Assembly (NCBI GenBank): GCA_950054255.1
Contig: CATLOR010000002.1
Span: forward strand, 143,106 to 207,105
DNA from: an uncultured Rickettsiales bacterium
Lineage (GTDB): Bacteria; Pseudomonadota; Alphaproteobacteria; Micavibrionales; GCA-2720935
Reading direction: 5' to 3'
DNA length: 64,000 bases
Of this stretch, positions 11,816 through 22,439 are shown piece by piece. The stretch's first letter is position 1; every line of letters begins with the position of its first letter. Both the position numbers and the translations under genes were made by a program. The notes under the pieces are model-generated. The model saw only the letters and a list, made by a program, of their open reading frames with translations, was not told the DNA's origin and did no database searches.

Positions 11816-12712
11816 TTATGACGCTTTGGCTTCGTTTTCTGTGTGAATCTTGATTGTGTGAATCCTTCTGCCATCACCGTCAATGATTTCAAATGAAAAT
11901 CCTTGTGAATGTTCAATGATTTCACCTTTTGCAGGAACGCGCCCAGCATGCGAGAATACAAAACCCGCAAGTGTATCGATTTCTTCGCGATCTTCTTCAT
12001 CTAAAATCTCACAGTCAAATGTTTGTTCAAATTCTTCGATCGGTAAACGACCATCTGCAAGATATAGATCTTTTCCAATCTCTTTCAATTGGGGGGTGGT
12101 TTCATCATCATAAATATCATCTATTTCACCTGTGATAAGCTCTAAGACATCACCAAGCGTTACAAGACCGTCAATCCCCCCATATTCATCAATAACAAGA
12201 GACATATGATTTTTTGTTTCTCTCATTTGAATCAAGAGATCCATAACAGGCATTGAAGGTGAAATAATAGGTACTTCTCGTGTTATTTTGGATAAATTGT
12301 AACTTTGTTTTTTTGCAATTTGACCCAAGAAATCTTTAATGTGAACTGTACCATTAATGTTATCCAATGTTTCTTTGAAAACAGGGACACGACTACGTGG
12401 CGTCTCTGCATAAATATTCATTAAATCTTCTTTTGAAATGGAGGCTTCAACAGCAATGATATCGACACGCGGAACCATAACATCATATGCGGTCAAATCA
12501 CGTAATTTGAAAATATTAGAAAGCAAAAGTCTTTCGTGTTTTTCTGGGGTATCTTCACCATTCTCATCACTACTATCGTCAACGATTAATTCTTCGATTG
12601 TTTCACGAAGGTCATTATCATTAGAATTAGAGAAAAGTCTTTTAAACCAGCCATTCTTCCTCGAGGAAGAACCATCGTTATTTGCGTTAGAATAAGAAGA
12701 ATCGTCAGCCAT
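11816..12712 (-). CDS. CBS-pair / CorC_HlyC domain protein (CorC/TlyC-like)
   Basis: 298 aa. Tandem CBS region and C-terminal transporter-associated domain. Conserved ybeY-corC-lnt order. Confidence 0.8.
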   Translation of the reverse strand: MADDSSYSNANNDGSSSRKNGWFKRLFSNSNDNDLRETIEELIVDDSSDENGEDTPEKHERLLLSNIFKLRDLTAYDVMVPRVDIIAVEASISKEDLMNIYAETPRSRVPVFKETLDNINGTVHIKDFLGQIAKKQSYNLSKITREVPIISPSMPVMDLLIQMRETKNHMSLVIDEYGGIDGLVTLGDVLELITGEIDDIYDDETTPQLKEIGKDLYLADGRLPIEEFEQTFDCEILDEEDREEIDTLAGFVFSHAGRVPAKGEIIEHSQGFSFEIIDGDGRRIHTIKIHTENEAKAS

Positions 12713-12721
12713 AATTGTTGG

Positions 12722-13276
12722 TTACTCCGTAATGTTTTGATAAGGGTCATGGACGCCGAAAACGCGTAAAAGAGCGACTTCTAGCTGTTCCATTTTTTGT
12801 GCATCTTGGTCTTCTATATGGTCATATCCCAGAAGGTGTAGCAAGCCATGTATAAGGAGATGCCTTAAGTGGTTTTCAAACGATTTTTTTTGTTCTTGAG
12901 CTTCAATACGAATGGTTTCATAACCTAAAATAATATCACCAATCATCAAAGATCCTTCAAGCTCAAAGACTTTTGTTTTTAGATCGCAACTTGCAAAAGA
13001 TAAAACATTTGTGGGTTTGTTCTTGCCTCTAAAATGATTGTTAAGTTCTTGTATTTTGTCATCATGACTTAGAAGACAGGATACTTCGACACACTCAAAC
13101 CCTTGTAAGAGCTCTTCTGTTTTTAAATGATGCAAACAAAGAGAAAGTGTTCCACGAACAAAAAGTTCAATATTATCGTGATTGTCGTGCCATAGGGGCG
13201 TGTCAACAAGGACATCAATATCAAAGCTTGAAGGGATTATTGTTTCATCTGGTGATGTGTCTTGTGATGTGTTCAT
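12722..13276 (-). CDS. ybeY: rRNA maturation endoribonuclease YbeY
   Basis: Zinc motif HGLLHLLGYDH. Located between phoH-like and corC-like genes. Confidence 0.85.
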   Translation of the reverse strand: MNTSQDTSPDETIIPSSFDIDVLVDTPLWHDNHDNIELFVRGTLSLCLHHLKTEELLQGFECVEVSCLLSHDDKIQELNNHFRGKNKPTNVLSFASCDLKTKVFELEGSLMIGDIILGYETIRIEAQEQKKSFENHLRHLLIHGLLHLLGYDHIEDQDAQKMEQLEVALLRVFGVHDPYQNITE

Positions 13277-13291
13277 GTGCGCCTAATAAAC

Positions 13292-14242
13292 TTACTTTTC
13301 ATGCTTATTATACGCATCAATAATCTTTGTGACAAGCCCATGTCTTACAACATCTTTACCAGTGAAGCGTAAGAACTCAACGCCCTCTGTGTTTTTAAGG
13401 ACTTCTTCAGCTTCTACAAGCCCTGACTTTGTTCCTTTTGGGAGATCTATCTGGCTTGAGTCACCTGTAATAATCATACGACTATTAGGGCCTAGACGTG
13501 TTAAAAACATTTTCATTTGCATTGCTGTTGTGTTTTGAGCTTCGTCTAAGATAACAAAGGCATTTGAAAGCGTGCGACCACGCATAAAAGCAAGGGGAGC
13601 AATTTCAATGTCACCACATTCTATTTTTTTATTCATAGTTTCAAACCCCATTAAATCATGAAGTGCATCATAGATGGGGCGAAAATAAGGATCGAGTTTT
13701 TCTTTCATATCACCAGGCAAAAACCCTAAGTTTTCACCAGCTTCAACAGCTGGGCGACAGAGGATAATACGTTTAACTTCTGCTTTTGTATATAATTCAA
13801 CAGCTTTTGCAACAGCAATATAAGTTTTCCCAGTACCCGCAGGCCCTAAGCCGAAAACGAGGCTGTTTTTGTTGATGAGATCAATATATTTAGATTGGTT
13901 TTCAGAACGCGGTGTAACCGTTCTTTTCGGTGCTTTGATAATACGCCCCTCATCATGAAGGTCTTTCAATACTGTTTCTTTAAGATTTTCTTGATTGCCA
14001 TTTTTAGCAATATTGATCGCAGCATTAATTTCACCATAGCCAACAGGTAAGGATTTTTTTGCGCGAGCCCATAAGGATAGAAGGGCCTTTTCTGCGTATA
14101 AAATCATTTGCTCATCGCCTTTAAGGGTTAAGATATTGCCCTTGGCTATAATCGAAATCTCGAGCTCGTCTTCTAACTTTTTAAGATGACCGTTATGTTC
14201 GCCATAAAGCGTACTTAATAAACTGTTCTCATCAAATTCCAT
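13292..14242 (-). CDS. PhoH-like ATPase (YbeZ)
   Basis: Walker A GPAGTGKT and Walker B ILDEAQN. The ORF track start (14266) overlaps the miaB stop and has poor SD spacing, so the internal Met at 14242 (MEFDEN...) is preferred. Confidence 0.85.
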   Translation of the reverse strand: MEFDENSLLSTLYGEHNGHLKKLEDELEISIIAKGNILTLKGDEQMILYAEKALLSLWARAKKSLPVGYGEINAAINIAKNGNQENLKETVLKDLHDEGRIIKAPKRTVTPRSENQSKYIDLINKNSLVFGLGPAGTGKTYIAVAKAVELYTKAEVKRIILCRPAVEAGENLGFLPGDMKEKLDPYFRPIYDALHDLMGFETMNKKIECGDIEIAPLAFMRGRTLSNAFVILDEAQNTTAMQMKMFLTRLGPNSRMIITGDSSQIDLPKGTKSGLVEAEEVLKNTEGVEFLRFTGKDVVRHGLVTKIIDAYNKHEK

Positions 14243-14256
14243 CGTTACTGTAAAAC

Positions 14257-15666
14257 TCAAGCACATATCCTTTCTTCTGTGACAATTTCGCCGCTGATGC
14301 TATTAGGAGCAGCGGTTGTGATTTTGACATTAATAATCTCGCCAATCAAGCGTTCGTTTCCAGTTGCGAAAACAGATTGCATATGAGGACTACGCCCTAA
14401 TAATTGATTGTCTTTTTTACCCTTTCCATCAAAGAGGACAGGGACAACTTGGCCAATAAAACTTTTGTTAAAGGCGATTTGTTGTTCGTTTAAGAGCTCT
14501 TGCAAACGTGCAAGGCGTTCTGTTTTAATTTTTTCGGATACTAGATTCTGCATAACAGAAGCAGGTGTGCCTGGTCTAGGGCTGTATTTGAAAGAATAAG
14601 CTTGGGCATAATTTACATCACGTACAAGTTGAAGTGTATCTTCAAAATCTTGGTCAGTTTCACCAGGAAAGCCAACAATGAAATCACAGCTAAAGACAAG
14701 GTCTGGACGTGCTTCACGAAAACGGTCAATTAGACGACGATAATCATCTGCTGTGTGCTTTCGGTTCATGGCTTTAAGGATATTGTCTGATCCACTCTGT
14801 ACAGGGAGATGTAGATAAGGCATTAGTTTTTCAATGTCGCGGTGTGCTTCGATTAGTTCATCATCAACATCACGAGGATGTGATGTTGTATAGCGGATAC
14901 GTTCAACGCCATCAATTTCAGCAATTTCTCTAATTAAGCGACCAAGTCCCCATGTTTTCCCATCAGGTCCTTCACCATGGAAGGCATTTACATTTTGACC
15001 TAGTAGGTTAATGTCTTTTGTACCGCCTCGCGCCATTTTAATGGCTTCGTCAAGAATAGGTTGAACAGGGCGTGAGAATTCTGCGCCTCTTGTATAAGGA
15101 ACAACACAGAAAGTACAAAACTTGTCACAGCCTTCTTGGATAGATAAAAAGGCAGCAGGGCCTGCGTTCGTATTTTCTTCTGGTAAGAAATCAAACTTTG
15201 ATTCAACGGGAAAATCTGTCTGAACGAGGCGCTTTTTACCGTAAGAGCCAGTAAGCTTTGCAATCATTTCAGGGAGCTCATGATAGGTTTGCGGGCCAAA
15301 AACAAGATCAACCGTAGGAGCACGATCTGTTATTTCTTTTCCCTCAGCTTGTGCAACACAGCCAGCAACAGCAAGAAGGGCTTGTTCGCCTTTTTCTTTT
15401 TTAGCGTCTTTAAATTCTTTTAAACGACCAATTTCAGAAAATACTTTTTCGGTTGCTTTTTCACGAATGTGACAAGTGTTCAAGATAATCATGTCAGCAT
15501 CTTCAGGCGTATCTGAAGGAGCGTAGCCAAGACCTTTTAAAATATCAATCATGCGATTGCTGTCATACACATTCATTTGACAGCCCCACGTTTTGATAAA
15601 GAGTTTTTTCTGGTTTGTTATCTGTTGTCCTTCGTTCATGCTTTTAATACCCTTATATTCTATCAC
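14257..15666 (-). CDS. miaB: tRNA-2-methylthio-N6-dimethylallyladenosine synthase
   Basis: UPF0004 N-domain (TWGCQMN), radical-SAM [16 protein letters not shown]-terminus. The start may instead be the Met at 15639. Confidence 0.9.
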   Translation of the reverse strand: MIEYKGIKSMNEGQQITNQKKLFIKTWGCQMNVYDSNRMIDILKGLGYAPSDTPEDADMIILNTCHIREKATEKVFSEIGRLKEFKDAKKEKGEQALLAVAGCVAQAEGKEITDRAPTVDLVFGPQTYHELPEMIAKLTGSYGKKRLVQTDFPVESKFDFLPEENTNAGPAAFLSIQEGCDKFCTFCVVPYTRGAEFSRPVQPILDEAIKMARGGTKDINLLGQNVNAFHGEGPDGKTWGLGRLIREIAEIDGVERIRYTTSHPRDVDDELIEAHRDIEKLMPYLHLPVQSGSDNILKAMNRKHTADDYRRLIDRFREARPDLVFSCDFIVGFPGETDQDFEDTLQLVRDVNYAQAYSFKYSPRPGTPASVMQNLVSEKIKTERLARLQELLNEQQIAFNKSFIGQVVPVLFDGKGKKDNQLLGRSPHMQSVFATGNERLIGEIINVKITTAAPNSISGEIVTEERICA

Positions 15667-15859
15667 TCTAATACTTGATAAAGATTTAACGTTGCTTATT
15701 CCATAGATGGATAAAAAAGTCCAGTTTTTCTATTCGTTTTCATGCACGAATCGGTTAGTTTTTACGTACTTAAATAAATTTTATGTACCCAGAAGGGCCC
15801 TTTCTTTCAAGTAAAGAGGGGCTTTGGCTGATTTTTTAGCAAGGAAAGGCTGGCGCTAA

Positions 15860-18800
15860 ATGTCTTCAGATATGTCAATTGAGAAAAGAAACGAGCTTAT
15901 CGAATCTGCAGGAAAAGATAAGGAAAAAGAACTTTTCAAAACTGAAAATGACAATGTTTCTCTTGAGAAAGAAGAGAAGAGTGAGCAGGAAAGTGTTTCC
16001 AAAGAAAAAGAAACTGATATCAATACAATCGTTGAAAATGTTCGCGAATTAGCAAAATCTTTTGAAAAACCTGAAAATGATGAACAAGAAGAAACCACTC
16101 TTGTCGCGCAAAAGAAAGAAAATAAGAAAGATATTTCAGTAGAAGCAGAGCATGATTTTGAAGAACCTGTTTCGTCTACTAGCTTTTATGAAGAGGAAGA
16201 GGAAACAAATGCGGATTTCACTTCAAGTCTTTTATATGTAGTGGCAATGGCTGTTAGCTTCGGTTGGATGTATTATGCCCATAAGGTTGGTATTTTATCA
16301 TTAATCGGTGGGAACGCAGATATTGCAATGGTTGCAAATGGCTTAACGGCACTTTGCTCTCCGCTCGTTTTGATTTGGTTGATTGTTTTGGGGTGTCAAA
16401 AGCGTGTTGACAATAAGATGGTTGTTGAATTGCTTAGAAAAGAAATGGCTGATTTTGCAAATCCAATGGCTAAAATGAGCAAAGGATATGAGCGTGATAT
16501 GGTGGCTCTTTCTGATCAGGCGCTTAAACTTAAAGAAACAACAGATCTTTCGCTGGCATCAATTAATAATGCGCGTCAAGGTCTTCGTGAAGAGATGGAG
16601 GCATTTTCAACGATGTCGCGTCAATCTGAGGCGAATGTAGTTCGATTGACAAATATAATGAAAGAACGCATGGGTAAGCTTGATACTTTAAGTAAAGCTT
16701 TATATGGGCGCACAATTAAAATTGGTGAAAAAGCAGAAGAGAGTGGTGATGCACTTGAAAAAGCGGCGTCCGGTTTATTGAAAAAAGTAGGGTTCATTGA
16801 AACGGATATGAATTCTAGTGTCGATAAAGTCGTCAAAGCCTCTGATACCGTTCAAGGTAAAATTGATCAAATTAAAATTATTTTGGGGCAGTCTGTGGAT
16901 GGTTTACGCGAAGGCGCGGATGATGTTTGTGAGCGCTTGATTGAAACAAGTCAGAAATTCACAAAGCATGAAGACCGCTTGGATGAAAAATCAAAAGATC
17001 TTGTGGCGAAAAGCGAAAGCTTTGATACGTTGCTTTCAGATCGCTTGTCTTCTCTTGAAGATCTGTATGAAAAATTAGAGGCACAACTAGCGTCTAGTCG
17101 TGTATCTCTTGACGAGGATAGAGGTGATGTAGAACGTATTGCGGATCTATTAAAAGTCAGTGTTTCTGAGTTAAAAGAAGGCTTAAATGATCGTGTTGAT
17201 GATGTGAATACAGTTATTGATACGTTAGAAGAAACATCAAGCGCTATTGATGTGCGTATGAATTCACGTTCAGAAGAAGTACAGCGTTTGATTGATAACC
17301 TTGAAAAGCAAGGTGAAACATTCTCAGATATTGGTAAGACAACCTCAAGACGTTTGGGTGAAGCAATGTCTGCGGCGCTTTCTAGTGCGGATGTCATTAA
17401 TAACGCTGTTCGTAAAGGCGCTGAAACATTAAAGAATACTGCTGATAATGCTGTTTCTCAATCGCACAAAAGCTCAGAACTTGTATTAGAGCAGTTAGGG
17501 CAGTTAAATAAAGCGAATATGGCTGTTGAAGAGCGTATTAAAGCATGTACAGAATTCTTTGAAAATAGTAAGGAGTTACTTGATAGCGCAACAGAGAGCA
17601 GTAGCTCCAATACAGACAAAGTCAAAGAGATCTTGGATGATCATGTTGATGCACTGACCGTGTCTTATAGTGATCTACAGGAAAAAATTGCAAAACTACG
17701 CAAGTCTTTTGATGAGCCAGTTACTTCTTTGGAGGAATGCATTGACCGTGCAGATAATTCAGCAGAAAAAATTCAAGAAGTCTTGGATCAGCGTATTATT
17801 GAGTTAGGTAGTACGAGTGAACGCGCTGTTGAGCAAGCAGGAGCTATTCGTCAGATGTTGCGCGGTCAATCTCAAGAATTATCTAATCTTTCTGGGCAAC
17901 TGTCAGGAAATGTTAAAGTTATAAATGAGCAATTGTCAACGCAACGAGATGGTCTTATTGAAAGCGTTGAAGATTCCTTGCTATCTATCGAGAAAGTATC
18001 AACTTCTCTGCAAGATCAGGTTGGGCAGGTGTCGCGTGTATCAGGTGTTGTTGGTGAAAAAATTGACGCTTTGGAAACAAAAATTTCGGCTCGTTATGAT
18101 GAGATCCAGAACGGAGCGCACAGAACCTTTGATGTTCTAGAGGAGGTTGAGCGTTCATTCCATGATCGTAAAGTTTCATTTGAGGATATTGTTGATTATA
18201 TTAAAACAAATGTTGGGCGTGTTGTTGATGATTTGGACGGCGTTGTTATTGATATCTCTGATAAGTCCGATCATGCTGTTTTAAAATCAGAGCATTTATT
18301 TGACATGCTTTCTAAGCTCTCAAAAGATGTTGATGAGGTTGCTACGAATAGTACGGATAAGATCTCTCTTGCGATTGCTGGATTTGATGAAAAACTTCTT
18401 AAGATAGAGGGTGTTACATCTGTGGCAACACAGCAAGTAAAAGATGCTTCAAATGATCTTATGGTTTCGGTTGACAAGATTTCAATTGCAGCTAATGATG
18501 CCTCGGTTCAAGTGGACCGCGTCGGTAAGAGTATTGAGAAGCAAGCGCAAGATGTTCACTTGTTAACAGATCAAGCAGCTCTAAAGGTTGAGAATGTACA
18601 ACGCGCAATTACGGAACGTTTCCACGAATTATCAACTTCAATTGGTCAATCTGTTTCCCAGCTTGATGATGTAGGAGATAAATTCTCTAAGTGCGCCGTT
18701 TTGATTGATGAAACATCAGATCAAATCGAAAGTCGTTTTGTGGTCATTGGTAAAGAAGCAAGAAAAGAGATTAAAAATCTCTCAGAAGTTGCTGAGAATA

Positions 18801-19699
18801 CAGTTCTTATTGCATCTAAAGCAATTGGGCGCATTCAAGAAGAGACAGGTGATATGGTGATTGCCGCTAATAAGTCACTCTCATCATTGACAGATATTAG
18901 TGACGATTATGCAGGGCGCTCAAAATCACTTAATGATCAAATGGAGCGTTCGATAGAACTATCACATGAATACGGCAATAAAGTGCGTGAACAAATTTCT
19001 GAGATTGCCACAGCGTCCAATGAAACAGCTGACCGCATTGTGAGCCAAGTGAGTGTTATGTCTGATAAAATGATGGATGTTTCTAAAATTTCAGATGGTG
19101 TTACTAAGAAGATTAAAGAAAATGGCGGAGATCTAGCGATTGAAGCTGGTAAGCTTCTCTCTGTTTCTAATAAGATTGAACAAATCTTAGAAGGAACAAG
19201 TGATATTTTTGTGAAACAATCTTCTTTGTTAGCAAAAGCATCAGAAGAAGCTGCGAAACAGGCAAAAACTGTTGTAGAGTCCGATTTCCACTTGAAGCGT
19301 GAAGCTTTCTTCTCGTCCGCACGCTTTATTGTTGAATCTTTACATTCTTTATCGGTTGACCTAACACGCTTATTGAGTGGTGGTGAAATTCCGGAAAAAA
19401 TGTGGAAGACGTATCAAAAGGGCGATAAAGGGATCTTTACAAAACATTTATTACAATTAAATGATGAAAATGCGTTTGAAAAAATCCGTAAGAAATATGC
19501 AGATGATCATGAGTTTAGAAACTATGTTCAGCGTTATTTCCGTCAATATGAGGATGTCTTTAGTCAAGCCCTTAAAAATGATCATGGTGAATTGTTATCT
19601 TTGACATTTGCTTCATCAGATATTGGTAAATTGTATCATGTTCTATGTACATTAATGAATCATGATGCGGTTGGTGCTGATAAGAAAATTATTCACTAA
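15860..19699 (+). CDS. 1279-aa membrane-anchored coiled-coil protein, function unknown
   Basis: Long uninterrupted ORF. Acidic N-terminus, hydrophobic segments (LLYVVAMAVSFGWMYY, LTALCSPLVLIWLIVLG), about 1000 aa of helical low-complexity sequence, and a distinct aromatic-rich C-terminal ~150 aa. Confidence 0.7.
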   Translation: MSSDMSIEKRNELIESAGKDKEKELFKTENDNVSLEKEEKSEQESVSKEKETDINTIVENVRELAKSFEKPENDEQEETTLVAQKKENKKDISVEAEHDFEEPVSSTSFYEEEEETNADFTSSLLYVVAMAVSFGWMYYAHKVGILSLIGGNADIAMVANGLTALCSPLVLIWLIVLGCQKRVDNKMVVELLRKEMADFANPMAKMSKGYERDMVALSDQALKLKETTDLSLASINNARQGLREEMEAFSTMSRQSEANVVRLTNIMKERMGKLDTLSKALYGRTIKIGEKAEESGDALEKAASGLLKKVGFIETDMNSSVDKVVKASDTVQGKIDQIKIILGQSVDGLREGADDVCERLIETSQKFTKHEDRLDEKSKDLVAKSESFDTLLSDRLSSLEDLYEKLEAQLASSRVSLDEDRGDVERIADLLKVSVSELKEGLNDRVDDVNTVIDTLEETSSAIDVRMNSRSEEVQRLIDNLEKQGETFSDIGKTTSRRLGEAMSAALSSADVINNAVRKGAETLKNTADNAVSQSHKSSELVLEQLGQLNKANMAVEERIKACTEFFENSKELLDSATESSSSNTDKVKEILDDHVDALTVSYSDLQEKIAKLRKSFDEPVTSLEECIDRADNSAEKIQEVLDQRIIELGSTSERAVEQAGAIRQMLRGQSQELSNLSGQLSGNVKVINEQLSTQRDGLIESVEDSLLSIEKVSTSLQDQVGQVSRVSGVVGEKIDALETKISARYDEIQNGAHRTFDVLEEVERSFHDRKVSFEDIVDYIKTNVGRVVDDLDGVVIDISDKSDHAVLKSEHLFDMLSKLSKDVDEVATNSTDKISLAIAGFDEKLLKIEGVTSVATQQVKDASNDLMVSVDKISIAANDASVQVDRVGKSIEKQAQDVHLLTDQAALKVENVQRAITERFHELSTSIGQSVSQLDDVGDKFSKCAVLIDETSDQIESRFVVIGKEARKEIKNLSEVAENTVLIASKAIGRIQEETGDMVIAANKSLSSLTDISDDYAGRSKSLNDQMERSIELSHEYGNKVREQISEIATASNETADRIVSQVSVMSDKMMDVSKISDGVTKKIKENGGDLAIEAGKLLSVSNKIEQILEGTSDIFVKQSSLLAKASEEAAKQAKTVVESDFHLKREAFFSSARFIVESLHSLSVDLTRLLSGGEIPEKMWKTYQKGDKGIFTKHLLQLNDENAFEKIRKKYADDHEFRNYVQRYFRQYEDVFSQALKNDHGELLSLTFASSDIGKLYHVLCTLMNHDAVGADKKIIH

Positions 19700-19722
19700 C
19701 GTGTAAAAGGATAAAAGAAGGA

Positions 19723-19932
19723 ATGCTCAAACGCCAAACAGGTTTTGCTATTGGACAGCGTGTTCGTAAAAAGGCACGTGGTGGCGGAGTTTGGGAAATT
19801 ATGGCGATTAGAAAAGATAAAAACGGTGCTATTAATATAGAGATGTTCAAAATTGATGAACCGACAACAAGACGAACACTCTCCGCTTATGTTTTATCTG
19901 ACACAGAACAATTTGAGATCGTTTCCTCTTAA
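19723..19932 (+). CDS. hypothetical small protein (69 aa)
   Basis: ORF only. Co-directional with and tightly spaced between flanking genes. No recognisable motif. Confidence 0.35.
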   Translation: MLKRQTGFAIGQRVRKKARGGGVWEIMAIRKDKNGAINIEMFKIDEPTTRRTLSAYVLSDTEQFEIVSS

Positions 19933-19941
19933 AAAAAAATC

Positions 19942-20820
19942 ATGGCAAATTTCATTTCATTAAAAGAGCTATTTAATGCTTTTGATGCATTTATAATCGA
20001 CCAATGGGGTGTGCTTCATAATGGTAAAGTTCTGTATGACGGTGTTAAGGAGTTTTTTGAGTTGGCTCGAGATATGGGCAAGCCAATTGTTATTTTATCC
20101 AATTCTGGTAAGCCATCACAAATAAATGCAGAAAGAATAGCAAAATTAGGCATTGATCAAACGATGTATTCATTTTTTATGACCTCAGGGGAGGCTGTTT
20201 CTGAATATTTATCAAAAGAGTCTGCTTATAAGTCATGTTATTTAATGTCACGTGGTGGAGATAAGTCGATTTTGGCTAAGAATCCTTCTATTTCATGCGT
20301 TGATACTGTTGAGAAGGCTGACTTTGTCTTGCTCTCTGGATTAGATATGCATGATAATAATTTGGAATCGTTTAGACCTTTCTTAGAAAAACTTTTAGAG
20401 CATAATATTCCTATGGTTTGCGCTAATCCTGATAAGGTTGCTATTGCTGAAGAGGGGGAGTTTTATGTTGCAGCAGGAGCCGTTGCGGAAATGTATCGGG
20501 ATATGGGAGGGCGAGTAACATTTTTTGGTAAACCTTATGCCGAAATCTATGATTATTGTTTTCCTTATTTTGATAATATAGACCGTGAGAAGATTTTAAT
20601 GATTGGTGACTCTTTGCACCATGATATTTTGGGAGGTCAAAGGGCTGGAGTGCAAACGCTTTTAATAGGAGAAGGTCTTTTATCGAAAGAATTAGATATC
20701 AAAAAAGGGAATGTTTCTTTATCAATTGAATCACAGCTTGAACGCGTCCATGAAATTTCTACGCAAGAAGGTATCTCACCTGATTATTATCGCCCTTTTT
20801 TAGGTAAGGATATGGGGTAG
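19942..20820 (+). CDS. HAD-superfamily hydrolase, subfamily IIA-like
   Basis: FIIDQWGVLHNG (HAD motif I variant), ILSNS, GDSLHHDI. Confidence 0.7.
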   Translation: MANFISLKELFNAFDAFIIDQWGVLHNGKVLYDGVKEFFELARDMGKPIVILSNSGKPSQINAERIAKLGIDQTMYSFFMTSGEAVSEYLSKESAYKSCYLMSRGGDKSILAKNPSISCVDTVEKADFVLLSGLDMHDNNLESFRPFLEKLLEHNIPMVCANPDKVAIAEEGEFYVAAGAVAEMYRDMGGRVTFFGKPYAEIYDYCFPYFDNIDREKILMIGDSLHHDILGGQRAGVQTLLIGEGLLSKELDIKKGNVSLSIESQLERVHEISTQEGISPDYYRPFLGKDMG

Positions 20821-21351
20821 GCGGCCATAGCTTTCGCATAGACCTATATGTATTTCCATTTCTATTTTTGGTAAAAGCGGATCTAAAAGAGCAGGGTGTA
20901 AAAAAGTGTTTTTATCAAGAGGTGTTTCTTTTAATCCTAATGTAAAATGAGGGGCGTATGTTTCCCCATAACGGCGTAAGGTTGTTTCTATTTTAAAAGG
21001 TGCAAGAATCTCAGATAAAACAAACTCATGAAGGGATTCAAGCGTCGTTGTTTTTTCAACATGTAACCCATAGTAATATTTTTCATGTACAGGATGGAAA
21101 TCCTCATAATACATTCCAGCTATACTTACATAGATAGTAGAATTTTTGTGTTGTGACTTTTCGATCGCAGAAACAATGTCGGTGATCTGTTTTTCATGTG
21201 CGTCAAATTGAGCAAGTGTAATATGGGGGAGTGAATTTTGTCCTAAGGTGTATACAGAGGTATTATTTGGGTCAAGTGTTTGGGAAAGTTGCTCTAAACA
21301 GGTATTTTGAGTTTCGTGTTTGCATGTTAGAGCTATGTTATAGCGTTTCAT
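20800..21351 (-). CDS. 2H phosphoesterase superfamily protein (LigT-like)
   Basis: Two HxT motifs at the expected spacing (PHITLAQF and PHFTLGL). 183 aa. Confidence 0.55.
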   Translation of the reverse strand: MKRYNIALTCKHETQNTCLEQLSQTLDPNNTSVYTLGQNSLPHITLAQFDAHEKQITDIVSAIEKSQHKNSTIYVSIAGMYYEDFHPVHEKYYYGLHVEKTTTLESLHEFVLSEILAPFKIETTLRRYGETYAPHFTLGLKETPLDKNTFLHPALLDPLLPKIEMEIHIGLCESYGRLPHILT

Positions 21352-21353
21352 TT

Positions 21354-22343
21354 TTACTGTTCCATATCTGGACGTTCATGGAATGCAAAGCGGTCAGCAA
21401 CAAGAACTTGGTAGGCATCCATAATAAAGGGAAGTGCTTGCTCTACGGCTTCTTCACCAGCATCTATACATTCTTGTGCACGGTCGAACTCCATTAAGCC
21501 TATATGCCCGACACGAGGGCTAATCATAACATCTGGAGGGTCGCCAGCCATACGAGAGCGCGCTAGGCGGTCTTGAGAAATATTCATGGTTGCCATCATG
21601 ACACCAAATAAGCTCGGCGCATCAGGTTCTCTTTCAAAAAAACGTTTCGTTGTTCTTGTTTTTAGAAGTTTTTTACGAGCGCTTTCATTTATATTTTCAT
21701 CACTTAAGACATCAAAACCAGCAACGGTTGGGTATGATGTTTCTGGTTTTTTTGATTTTCCAATGAAATCACCTCCCAAGTTAACGGCAATCACCATTTG
21801 GGCACCTAAAGCTCTACAAGGAGAAATAGGCACAGGATTGACTAAGGCTCCGTCAAGTAGCCAGCGATTGTCTGTAAAAACAGGGGGGAATACAGCAGGG
21901 AGCGAGAAAGATGCACGTAAAGCATTCACGAGACTTCCTTTTCTAAGCCAAACTTCGTGACCTGTAACCATATCTGTTGCAATTGAAACAAAGGGGCTTT
22001 TTAAATCCTCGATCAATAAATCACCAAAGTTTTTTTCCAAAAGTTTCATAAGGCGTTTTCCGCCAATCAATCCACCTGTTTTTATCTTGAAATCTAATAA
22101 TGACATTAATCTAAAGCGACTAAGAGATTTCCCCCAGTCTTCGAAGGCATCAAGCTTTCCGGCGAGGTAAGCCGCACCAGCAACAGCGCCAATGGATGTG
22201 CCAGAAACAATAGTAGGCTCTATTCCATGACGTAAAAGAGCTCGAATAACGCCGATATGAGCAAAGCCCTTGGCAACACCGCTACTTAAGGCGATTCCAA
22301 TTTTGGGGCGTGGAAGTTGTGTTAAAGATGCATCATCTGTCAT
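21354..22343 (-). CDS. patatin-like phospholipase (RssA-like)
   Basis: Oxyanion-hole SSGVAKG, nucleophile elbow GTSIG, catalytic DGA (LLDGALVN). Confidence 0.85.
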   Translation of the reverse strand: MTDDASLTQLPRPKIGIALSSGVAKGFAHIGVIRALLRHGIEPTIVSGTSIGAVAGAAYLAGKLDAFEDWGKSLSRFRLMSLLDFKIKTGGLIGGKRLMKLLEKNFGDLLIEDLKSPFVSIATDMVTGHEVWLRKGSLVNALRASFSLPAVFPPVFTDNRWLLDGALVNPVPISPCRALGAQMVIAVNLGGDFIGKSKKPETSYPTVAGFDVLSDENINESARKKLLKTRTTKRFFEREPDAPSLFGVMMATMNISQDRLARSRMAGDPPDVMISPRVGHIGLMEFDRAQECIDAGEEAVEQALPFIMDAYQVLVADRFAFHERPDMEQ

Positions 22344-22439
22344 ATTTTAAAAAGTTTTTGTTTGTTATACTGCTAAATAAATATTATATAAGTTTTTGTA
22401 ACTTTTAGTTAATATTAAGGATAAGGGTTTCTCAAAGTT

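Noticed and set aside
16951-17397. 148-aa Ser-rich ORF antisense to the 1279-aa coiled-coil gene. Similar antisense ORFs lie within infB (3511-3864) and at 15856-16098.
   Set aside because: These are mirror-frame artefacts of repetitive GAA/AAA-rich coding sequence, with no independent support.
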